From Anaerolineae bacterium (GTDB taxonomy: Bacteria; Chloroflexota; Anaerolineae; B4-G1; SLSP01), in the NCBI GenBank assembly GCA_034429675.1, contig DAOUFX010000230.1, positions 2,339 to 66,338 of the forward strand: DNA of 64,000 bases, read 5' to 3'. The translations under genes were made by a program, and so were the position numbers. A model generated the notes under the pieces. That model saw only the letters and a program-made list of their open reading frames with translations, was not told the origin of the DNA and ran no database searches. This document shows positions 45,028 through 52,055 of this stretch, in pieces. Position 1 is the stretch's first letter; every line of letters begins with the position of its first letter.

Positions 45028-46806
45028 ATGAAAAGGAGATGGAATAGCCTGGTTTTGAAGATTGGAGTCGCCATCGTCCTGGTTGAGGCGGTGGCGCTTG
45101 CAATCGTTGGCGCCATTTATGTTGATCAAGTTTCGGGCGCCCTGGATGGCGCTTTCGAAAGCCGAATTCAGGTTCCGGCTACACTGATGGATAGACAGTT
45201 GTTGTCTTATGATATGGCTGGGGATCGCGACCTTTTGGAATCGCTGGTCGGCGATCGAGTTTTGCGAAGTTTTATGGTGGACATCAATGGGCAGGTACTT
45301 TTTACATACGCTGATGACTATTTGGGACAACCCTTATCCGACGTGCCCGGCATTGAGGCGCCCGACCGGTTTGACCCGACTCAGGTGCAATTGATCAAAG
45401 TATCCGACGCTGTTATCATTGTTTCTCCACTGAGCTCCGGTCCGCAACGTCAAGTTTTGGGATATTTGTATCTTAAGGTAGCAACTACGCAGTTGCGTCA
45501 GCAAAAGGCCGTCGTTGCATCCATCTTTGGCATAGGGTCTGTGGTTGCGGTGGTGACGACATCGGGGCTGTTGATTTACCTGCTGAACTCACTGGTCTTG
45601 ACGCGCATCGGATCTTTGTTGGGGGTTTCACGGCAAGTGCTTGCCGGAGATTTGACGGCGCGGTTGAGCGGGACATTTTCATCCGACGAGATTGGTGTTT
45701 TGCAGAGTGACATCAATGCCATGGTGGTGCAGTTGGAAGACACCGTCCGCACTTTGGAGTCACGTGTAACCGAGCGCACTTCTGATTTGGAACGCCGGTC
45801 ACGCCAGCTTCAAGTCGTGACCAAAGTCGGAAGCGCTATTGTTTCGATCCGCGAATTCGATACCTTGTTGGCCGAAGTTACCCGGTTGATCAGCGATCAA
45901 TTCGGATTTTATCATGTAGGAATCTTCTTGTTGGATGCATCCGGCAAACGTGCGGTGTTGCGTGCGGCAAATAGTGAGGGTGGGCAGCGTATGCTGGCCC
46001 GTGGCCATACCCTGGAGGTCGGCGGCGTAGGCATCGTGGGATATGTGTCTCGTGAACATCAACCGCGTATTGCGGCGGATGTTGGCGAAGATGCCGTCTA
46101 TTTCGATAACCCGGATTTGCCTGAAACGCGATCAGAGATGGCGTTGCCGTTACTTGCGGGCGGGCGTTTGCTGGGAGTGCTGGATATTCAAAGTAAGGAA
46201 GAGGTTGCCTTCTCTCAGGAAGACGTAGAGACGTTGCGTGGTTTAGCCGATCAGGTAGCGGTTGCTCTCGATAATGCGCGTTTGCTAGGAGAGATTCAGG
46301 CGGCCATCGAAGCGCAACAGCGCGCGTATGGTGAGATCAGCCGCCGGGCGTGGGAGGAACTGTCACGTTCGGAAATTTTAGCCTATCATAGTGAATCTAG
46401 CGGTGACGTTGCGCCACTTGCTGACGAATGGCCGCCCGAAATGATCCAGGCCAAGCAGGAAGGTCATATTGTGCAGATGGACGACTTTACGGTGGCTGTG
46501 CCGGTCAAATTGCGCGGCGAGACGGCGATCGGGGTTGTGAAGCTGCGCCGGCCTGATGACGCTGGGATATGGACACCTCAACAATTGGCATTATTGGAGA
46601 CTTTGAGCGACCGGTTGGGGCAGGCGTTAGAGAGCGCGCGTTTTTACCGGGATTCGCAGCGCGTTGCTTCACGGGAGCAGACCTTACGCGAAATTGTGGA
46701 GCAGGTGCGCGGCGTAGTAGATGTGGATTCGGTTATGCGTACCGCTGTGCGCGAAGTTGGACAGGCGCTCGGTCGTGAGGTTTTTATTTACCTGACGGAG
46801 GAATGA
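45028..46806 (+). CDS. GAF-array member M: TM + extracytoplasmic sensor domain (~150 aa) + TM + HAMP + S-helix + GAF-A + GAF-B + tail; no output domain
   Basis: TM helices are IGVAIVLVEAVALAIVGAIYV and VVASIFGIGSVVAVVTTSGLLIYLL. The HAMP domain is LTRIGSLLGVSRQVLAGDLTARL...EIGVLQSDINAMVVQL. The S-helix is LESRVTERTSDLERRSRQLQVVTKV. GAF-A runs FGFYHVGIFLLDASGKRAVLRAANSEGGQRMLARGHTLEVGGVGIVGYV...PDLPETRSEMALPLLAGGRLLGVLDIQS. The tail is REQTLREIVEQVRGVVDVDSVMRTAVREVGQALGREVFIYL. Confidence 0.85.
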   Translation: MKRRWNSLVLKIGVAIVLVEAVALAIVGAIYVDQVSGALDGAFESRIQVPATLMDRQLLSYDMAGDRDLLESLVGDRVLRSFMVDINGQVLFTYADDYLGQPLSDVPGIEAPDRFDPTQVQLIKVSDAVIIVSPLSSGPQRQVLGYLYLKVATTQLRQQKAVVASIFGIGSVVAVVTTSGLLIYLLNSLVLTRIGSLLGVSRQVLAGDLTARLSGTFSSDEIGVLQSDINAMVVQLEDTVRTLESRVTERTSDLERRSRQLQVVTKVGSAIVSIREFDTLLAEVTRLISDQFGFYHVGIFLLDASGKRAVLRAANSEGGQRMLARGHTLEVGGVGIVGYVSREHQPRIAADVGEDAVYFDNPDLPETRSEMALPLLAGGRLLGVLDIQSKEEVAFSQEDVETLRGLADQVAVALDNARLLGEIQAAIEAQQRAYGEISRRAWEELSRSEILAYHSESSGDVAPLADEWPPEMIQAKQEGHIVQMDDFTVAVPVKLRGETAIGVVKLRRPDDAGIWTPQQLALLETLSDRLGQALESARFYRDSQRVASREQTLREIVEQVRGVVDVDSVMRTAVREVGQALGREVFIYLTEE

Positions 46807-47005
46807 GTTATCGTTTCAATAAAGGTGGGGATTTGGGGGCGGGCGCAGCCCACCCCCCCAGATTTTGAGAAGATACTGAGCATATATCTTTGATTTGACT
46901 TTGTTGGCTATCTGAGCAACGATAGGGTAGAATATGGTAAGGTTATAGAGAAATCTTTTCTCATAACCCCGGACAAAGAGAGACATTTGAGGTAGAGGTG
47001 ATGTT
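46807..47005 (+). promoter_or_regulatory. 199-bp low-GC intergenic region, the largest gap inside the array; probable internal promoter/regulatory region for the downstream cassette
   Basis: GC content drops here. The region contains TTGACT (about 46896) and TAGAAT (about 46929) hexamers, though their spacing is not canonical. An imperfect hairpin GGTTATAGAGAAATCTTTTCTCATAACC at ~46945..46972 lies just upstream of the GAGGTAGAGGTGA ribosome-binding site of gene 47006. Confidence 0.35.
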
Positions 47006-47587
47006 ATGACACAGATTTTTGGTAACTATGTCGAACCGTCCGATGACATCGAACATTTGGTGATCCATTTTTCGCCAACGGCGATCCCTTTACAGCAACG
47101 CTGGCGCAACAATGGGTTGTCGGCGGACTTCCTGGCGGAATATTGGACGACTTTCTTCCCAACGTCCGATACACTTTTCGAAAGCCGTCGAAAAGCGATG
47201 AAGGGCGCGGTTGCTTACATTGCCAATGAGTTGTTGGAAAACATTATGAAATTCAACTACAACCCGGCGCAGTGCGCGGTCAACCTGGGGTTATATTTGC
47301 ATAAAGACGAATTACGTTTTTATACATCCAATGCCATTATCCCCGAGAACTACACCTCGTTTCGTGAGCGCATTCGACAATTGTTGACCGAAGACCCAGA
47401 AGAGTTGTACATTCGCCAGATCGAACAGAATGCTCTGAATGTGGATAAAGGTGGATCGTGCCTGGGACTATTGACAATGATTCACGATTATGAAGCCCAA
47501 CTGGCCTGGAAATTTGAGGATGTGCAATGCGGTACAGCCTCTTCGGAACTGGTGCTTGTCTATACTTTAGTGCGGTTGAATATTTGA
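47006..47587 (+). CDS. GHKL-fold (anti-sigma-factor/RsbW/SiaB/slr1658-like) putative partner-switching pseudo-kinase, copy 1
   Basis: A strong ribosome-binding site is present. An N-box-like IANELLENIMKF fits E-x-x-x-N-x-x-x-[H/F] with Phe at the usual His position. A G2-box-like segment is KGGSCLGLLTM. No G1 box (DxGxG) is recognisable. The product is 193 aa. It is immediately followed by a STAS-like gene, the classic partner-switching pair arrangement. Confidence 0.5.
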   Translation: MTQIFGNYVEPSDDIEHLVIHFSPTAIPLQQRWRNNGLSADFLAEYWTTFFPTSDTLFESRRKAMKGAVAYIANELLENIMKFNYNPAQCAVNLGLYLHKDELRFYTSNAIIPENYTSFRERIRQLLTEDPEELYIRQIEQNALNVDKGGSCLGLLTMIHDYEAQLAWKFEDVQCGTASSELVLVYTLVRLNI

Positions 47588-47601
47588 GGAGGATTGAGGC
47601 T

Positions 47602-47952
47602 ATGAAACAGGTACAGGGTGAGGATTACAGTATTTCCTATGATGATTCTACTGCCACGATTGTGTTTCGGGGACAGATGCGTTTACAAGGAACCGCAGAG
47701 TATGCCAGCATTGAGGAATTACTGGAAGAAGTTTTGACTACCAGTTCCAAGTTAATTTCATTGGATATGTGCGACCTGGAGTTCCTGAACAGCTCCGGTA
47801 TTAATGTGATCTTGAAATTTGCCTTCAAAGTACGGGACTTGCCGATGCGATTTTCTTTATTGTTGCGTGCTAATTCGCAGGTCATGTGGCAATCCCGTAT
47901 GTTGAGCAACTTGCAGCGTTTGATGCCCAATGTGAAGGTGCAATACAACTAG
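47602..47952 (+). CDS. STAS-fold / SiaC (DUF1987, slr1659)-like anti-sigma-antagonist-type protein, copy 1
   Basis: ATG 47602 has GAGGAGGA 7 nt upstream; the track ORF starts earlier at 47527 and overlaps the previous gene. The core LISLDMCDLEFLNSSGINVILKFAFKV matches the STAS/SiaC motif (L-D-[LM]-x-x-L-x-[FY]-[LI]-N-[ST]-S-[SG]-I). The candidate phospho-acceptor is the Ser/Ser pair in LNSSGIN. Confidence 0.55.
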   Translation: MKQVQGEDYSISYDDSTATIVFRGQMRLQGTAEYASIEELLEEVLTTSSKLISLDMCDLEFLNSSGINVILKFAFKVRDLPMRFSLLLRANSQVMWQSRMLSNLQRLMPNVKVQYN

Positions 47953-47988
47953 GCGGTAAAGGGTGCACCATAGTGAAAGAAGGCGATT

Positions 47989-48567
47989 ATGACTGAAATC
48001 TATGGAGATTTTAGGGAGCCTGAAGATGTGGGCGAGTACCTGATTATCCGTTTTTCGCCTAGTTCCATTCCATTGAAGCAACGTTGGCGCAATAATGGGT
48101 TGTCAGCAGACTTTTTGGCCGAGTATTGGGCGACTTTTTTTCCCGCTTATGATATTGCCTCACAGCAACGACAAGCGGAGATCAAGAATGCTATTGATTA
48201 TGTCGCCAATGAGTTGTTGGAGAATATCATGAAGTTTAGCTATTCTCCTTCCAATTACCCTGTAGACATCGGCCTGTATTTATTTGAGGATGAGTTCCGC
48301 TTTTATGCGCGCAATCCGATAGACCCGGTGAGTCTGCAGGGGTTTCGTGAGCTTATTCAGAAATTGCTGGTAGCGGATCCGCTGGAACTTTATCTTCAGC
48401 AAATTGAACATAATGCTGTTTCTGAAGATGGGAATGTCTCGCAGTTGGGTCTGTTGACCATGATGACCGACTACAATGCGACATTGGCCTGGAAATTTGA
48501 ATCGCTTGAGCCGTCTCCCGGAATGGAGATTTTGATTGTGACAACGATGGTGAGTCTATCTTTGTAG
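47989..48567 (+). CDS. GHKL-fold SiaB/slr1658-like putative partner-switching pseudo-kinase, copy 2 (paralogue of 47006..47587)
   Basis: It is collinear with copy 1: PSSIPLKQRWRNNGLSADFLAEYWATFFP versus PTAIPLQQRWRNNGLSADFLAEYWTTFFP. The N-box-like segment is VANELLENIMKFSY and the G2-like segment is SQLGLLTMM. Confidence 0.5.
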   Translation: MTEIYGDFREPEDVGEYLIIRFSPSSIPLKQRWRNNGLSADFLAEYWATFFPAYDIASQQRQAEIKNAIDYVANELLENIMKFSYSPSNYPVDIGLYLFEDEFRFYARNPIDPVSLQGFRELIQKLLVADPLELYLQQIEHNAVSEDGNVSQLGLLTMMTDYNATLAWKFESLEPSPGMEILIVTTMVSLSL

Positions 48568-48608
48568 ATGTCAGATGTTTATTGAAAGCTGAGTGAGGAG
48601 TGCCCATA

Positions 48609-48953
48609 ATGAAAATCGAAGATGAAAATTATGAAGTGACTTATGATCAAGAAACAATGACCATAGTTTTTCATGGAACTTTGCGTCTACGCGGGGTAGC
48701 CGAATACGAGCCCATTACGCATTTGCTGGACGATGTGATCGCCCAGACGCCGGAGAAAGTGACCCTTGATTTGCGCGATCTGCATTTTCTCAACAGTTCT
48801 GGTATCAATATCCTGTTCCGATTTGTGATCAATATGCGTGAAAAGGCAACCACCGTTGTGGTAGTGCGGGGAGCTTCCGAGATTCCATGGCAGACGAAAT
48901 CGTTGAAGAATTTGCAACGGCTGATGCCCGCTTTGCAGTTGGAGTTTGATTGA
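48609..48953 (+). CDS. STAS-fold / SiaC (DUF1987)-like protein, copy 2 (paralogue of 47602..47952)
   Basis: ATG 48609 has GAGGAG 8 nt upstream; the track uses GTG 48600. The core is VTLDLRDLHFLNSSGINILFRFVINM. It is collinear with copy 1 (YEVTYDQETMTIVFHGTLRLRGVAEYEPI versus YSISYDDSTATIVFRGQMRLQGTAEYASI). Confidence 0.55.
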   Translation: MKIEDENYEVTYDQETMTIVFHGTLRLRGVAEYEPITHLLDDVIAQTPEKVTLDLRDLHFLNSSGINILFRFVINMREKATTVVVVRGASEIPWQTKSLKNLQRLMPALQLEFD

Positions 48954-48965
48954 GTTTGGAGGAAC

Positions 48966-49607
48966 ATGGAGCAAGAAGAACCTACCCTTGAGGCTTTGTT
49001 GTCCGAGATTGCTGCTCTGCGTCAGGAAGTCGCCACTTTGCAACAGGAGAGGGACGACATTCAAACCATTATGGATATAACCGTCGAACATTCCGATGGT
49101 GTGACGGCAGAAATGGAGGAGCGCCTGCGGATGATGGAAATGCTGCAGCGAGCGCAGACGCGCGAGGGTTGGGATATTTTGCGGGCGCGACGTGCGGGAT
49201 TGTGGGGGTATGCTTTTGATCGTCAGAAGGTGCGGCGATTGACATCGCTGCCTGCCCCTGATTCGGAAACCCACATGCTTCCGATGGTGATACAGCAAGA
49301 TAAGGTGGGGATGATCGGGGTTCGGGATGACGCGCAACATCCGTTGACTGCGGAAGAGCGAGCTCTGTTGACTTCTCTCTCTGAGCAAATTGCCGCTGCT
49401 CTCGATCGCGCGCGTTTGTTCGAGGTTACTCGTCGCAACGCGGCGCGCGATCAGATTATCAGTGAAATCAGCGCTCAAATGCGGGCATCTTTGGACATTG
49501 ATACAATCTTGCAAACAACGGTCCGTGAAATCGCGGAAGCTCTCAATATTGCACGGGTGGAAGTGCGCCTGGGCAGCGATGAGGATGGAATCGAAGTCGG
49601 ATCTTGA
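48966..49607 (+). CDS. minimal GAF-array member R (213 aa): coiled coil + GAF-B + conserved tail only, with no sensor domain and no GAF-A
   Basis: GGAGGAA lies 6 nt before the ATG. The coiled coil is LEALLSEIAALRQEVATLQQERDDIQ. GAF-B runs MLPMVIQQDKVGMIGVRDDAQHPLTAEERALLTSLSEQIAAALDRARLFE. The tail is RDQIISEISAQMRASLDIDTILQTTVREIAEALNIARVEVRL. Confidence 0.75.
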   Translation: MEQEEPTLEALLSEIAALRQEVATLQQERDDIQTIMDITVEHSDGVTAEMEERLRMMEMLQRAQTREGWDILRARRAGLWGYAFDRQKVRRLTSLPAPDSETHMLPMVIQQDKVGMIGVRDDAQHPLTAEERALLTSLSEQIAAALDRARLFEVTRRNAARDQIISEISAQMRASLDIDTILQTTVREIAEALNIARVEVRLGSDEDGIEVGS

Positions 49608-49624
49608 GTGGCTGAGGTGCGCCC

Positions 49625-51979
49625 ATGGCTGAGAAACAAAAGCTAAATGTGTCCGGTGAAGAAGTCGTTTCTGCTACCCCCGGTGGAATGTCCGCGCAGG
49701 GCAGTTATCGGTGGAAAGGCAGGTGGCTTTCGATCCGTACCCGTTTGGTCGGTTCCTTTGTAATATTGGTGCTTCTGGCGACGTTAGCCGTTGGAATTAC
49801 ATCGGTGGTGTTCGGCTGGCAGAACGGACGGCAGCGGGTTAATGAACGGCTTGAATTTGAGGTGAGATTAAAGGAATCCGAAATCAACGCCTGGCTGGAC
49901 AGACTGGAGACCAATCTCGAAGCATCGGCCTCTGATCAGGATATTACCGATCTTGCCGATTTTCTTTTGCTGCGTTATGCGGAATTTCCGAATGACGCGG
50001 ACTTGACGCCGAAAAACATCCCGGTGGATATGCGCACCAGTCTGAAGTCGCGGATGCAGATGCATATTAACCAAACTCAACTCTTCAACTATTTGGCCGT
50101 GGTGGATGTATTAGGACGGGTGGTGGTGACGACGGATGTATTGCCGGAAGGCTTAATTCCTAACATCTTATCTTCTGTGGATCCGAAGTTACAATCAGCC
50201 ACGACTACACTCTTTCTCTCTAATGATCCTCAAGTGATTGTGGTGATCCCCGTTTTTGGCGCCGCTTCGGTCCTTGACAACGTGACGTCGCTCCCTTTGG
50301 GGTACATGATCGGCGGTGTTGATTTGAATCCGCTCAATTCAATCATGTTCGATAAATCTGGTCTGGGCGACACCGGCGACATCTATCTTGTTGGCGAGAA
50401 CCGTGTCGCTCTTACAGAATTGCGTTTTGGGGTGCAGGGGCAACTGATGCAAACGTCCGCGGTAGATCGGGCATTTTCTACCAGGAAAAGTGGATCAAGT
50501 GGTTACCGCAATGACCGGAATGAATCGGTGGTGGGTGTTTATTATTGGTTACCTCGATTGAACGCGGTTTTGTTGGCCGAGCAGGCGCGCGCAGAAGCCT
50601 TTGGAGCGATTTACGCAACGCTGATTTTGAATATTGTGATTACTGTGGTTGCTGTAATGTTAGCAGTGGTGGCTGCTTCGTTTATTACGCGCAGCATTGT
50701 GAATCCGTTGGCGCATCTGTCTGAGACTGCGCGGCAGGTCGCCGCCGGGCGGCTTGATCATGTCGCCCGGGTCAATTCTCAGGATGAAGTCGGCCAGCTT
50801 GCTCAGACATTCAATTTGATGACAGAACAGTTGCGCGAACTGTTTGCTAATCTGGAACAGCGTGTTGTTGAACGCACCCATGATTTGGAGCGCCGTTCTG
50901 CGTATTTGGAAGCCTCGGCTGAGGTGGCGCGTGCAGCTTCTTCGATCCTTTCTGTGGATGATCTTATTCAACAAGTTGTTGAACTTATTCGATCACGGTT
51001 TTCCTTTTACTATGTCGGTTTGTTTCTGGTGGAGGGCGATTGGGCTGTTTTGCGCGCCGGCACCGGCGATGCGGGGCGGGCGATGTTGTCCCGGCATCAC
51101 CGTATTCGGGTAGGAGAAGGAATGATCGGATGGAGTATCGCTAATCTGCAACCTCGAATCGCCTCACGGGCGGAGGCCGATGCAGTTCGTGTGGTTAACC
51201 CTGAGTTGCCGGACACCCGCTCCGAAGTGGCATTGCCGCTGCGTTCCCGTGGACAGGTTTTGGGCGCATTGAGTGTGCAGAGTACACGTCCCGATGCATT
51301 TGATGAAGATGTGCTCACGACATTGCAGATTATGGCGGATCAGGTCGCCGTGGCGTTGAATAATGCCAGTTTGTTTGCCGCTTCTCAGGAAGCATTGGAA
51401 GCGGAACGGCGTGAGTATGGTGAACGCACTCGACAAAGTTGGGCCGATTTGTTGCGGACGCGCAAATCATGGGGTTATGTCTATGAGCGTGCTCCCGATC
51501 CTGAAATCGCGTCAGCGACGTTGGTGGAGGCGCAAGGTAAGTGGAGCGCTGAACTACGGGAGGTCAAGCGGTCCGGTCATCATATTCAGAATATTGTGTC
51601 CAATATGCGGCGTTTGTCCGTCCCGATATGGGTGGGGAGTGATGTGATTGGAGCGCTGTCTTTTGACCGCAGTGAATCCGATGTGCCCTGGACAGATGAA
51701 GAGGTTCTGTTGCTTGAGACGTTGACGGATCAGTTGGGACAAACCCTGGAACGGGCTCAGTTGTATTGGAATACTCAGCGACGCGCGGCGCGTGAACAGT
51801 TGACGCGCGAAATTACCGACACCATGCGGCGTACGCTGAATTGGGATGATTTGATGCAAGCGGCGATTCGTGAGGTGGGCGGTGTGTTGGAGGCATCCCG
51901 CGCCTTCGTCCAGTGGACGCCTGCCGGGATGATGGCGCCAGGCACAGACCGCCTACACCCGGTTGAGGACCAGGAATGA
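49625..51979 (+). CDS. GAF-array member S: TM + Cache-like periplasmic domain + TM + HAMP + S-helix + GAF-A + GAF-B + tail; no output domain
   Basis: TM helices are LVGSFVILVLLATLAVGITSVVF and IYATLILNIVITVVAVMLAVVAASFI. The HAMP domain is RSIVNPLAHLSETARQVAAGRLDHV...EVGQLAQTFNLMTEQL. The S-helix is LEQRVVERTHDLERRSAYLEASAEV. GAF-A runs FSFYYVGLFLVEGDWAVLRAGTGDAGRAMLSRHHRIRVGEGMIGWSI...PELPDTRSEVALPLRSRGQVLGALSVQS. The tail is REQLTREITDTMRRTLNWDDLMQAAIREVGGVLEASRAFVQW. Confidence 0.85.
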   Translation: MAEKQKLNVSGEEVVSATPGGMSAQGSYRWKGRWLSIRTRLVGSFVILVLLATLAVGITSVVFGWQNGRQRVNERLEFEVRLKESEINAWLDRLETNLEASASDQDITDLADFLLLRYAEFPNDADLTPKNIPVDMRTSLKSRMQMHINQTQLFNYLAVVDVLGRVVVTTDVLPEGLIPNILSSVDPKLQSATTTLFLSNDPQVIVVIPVFGAASVLDNVTSLPLGYMIGGVDLNPLNSIMFDKSGLGDTGDIYLVGENRVALTELRFGVQGQLMQTSAVDRAFSTRKSGSSGYRNDRNESVVGVYYWLPRLNAVLLAEQARAEAFGAIYATLILNIVITVVAVMLAVVAASFITRSIVNPLAHLSETARQVAAGRLDHVARVNSQDEVGQLAQTFNLMTEQLRELFANLEQRVVERTHDLERRSAYLEASAEVARAASSILSVDDLIQQVVELIRSRFSFYYVGLFLVEGDWAVLRAGTGDAGRAMLSRHHRIRVGEGMIGWSIANLQPRIASRAEADAVRVVNPELPDTRSEVALPLRSRGQVLGALSVQSTRPDAFDEDVLTTLQIMADQVAVALNNASLFAASQEALEAERREYGERTRQSWADLLRTRKSWGYVYERAPDPEIASATLVEAQGKWSAELREVKRSGHHIQNIVSNMRRLSVPIWVGSDVIGALSFDRSESDVPWTDEEVLLLETLTDQLGQTLERAQLYWNTQRRAAREQLTREITDTMRRTLNWDDLMQAAIREVGGVLEASRAFVQWTPAGMMAPGTDRLHPVEDQE

Positions 51980-52055
51980 AGGCAACTGAAACGCTTATGT
52001 CAGGGGACCGCCAGCGGATTACCGCGATTATTTTGGGCATGGATAGGTGTCGTTG

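Noticed and set aside
46845-46875. GC-rich stretch ggtggggatttgggggcgggcgcagcccaccccccc after gene M as an intrinsic terminator
   Set aside because: Only a 6-bp imperfect stem (GGTGGG/CCCACC) with a ~19-nt loop can be drawn, and it is not followed by a clean U-run on the + strand. It is insufficient to call a terminator.
47527-47601. Track-annotated N-terminal extensions of the STAS-like genes (47527 start; 48600 GTG start)
   Set aside because: They overlap the upstream genes and lack ribosome-binding sites. The downstream ATGs at 47602 and 48609 each have a strong GAGGAG(GA) Shine-Dalgarno at ideal spacing. They also give collinear N-termini (MKQVQGEDYSISYDD and MKIEDENYEVTYDQ).
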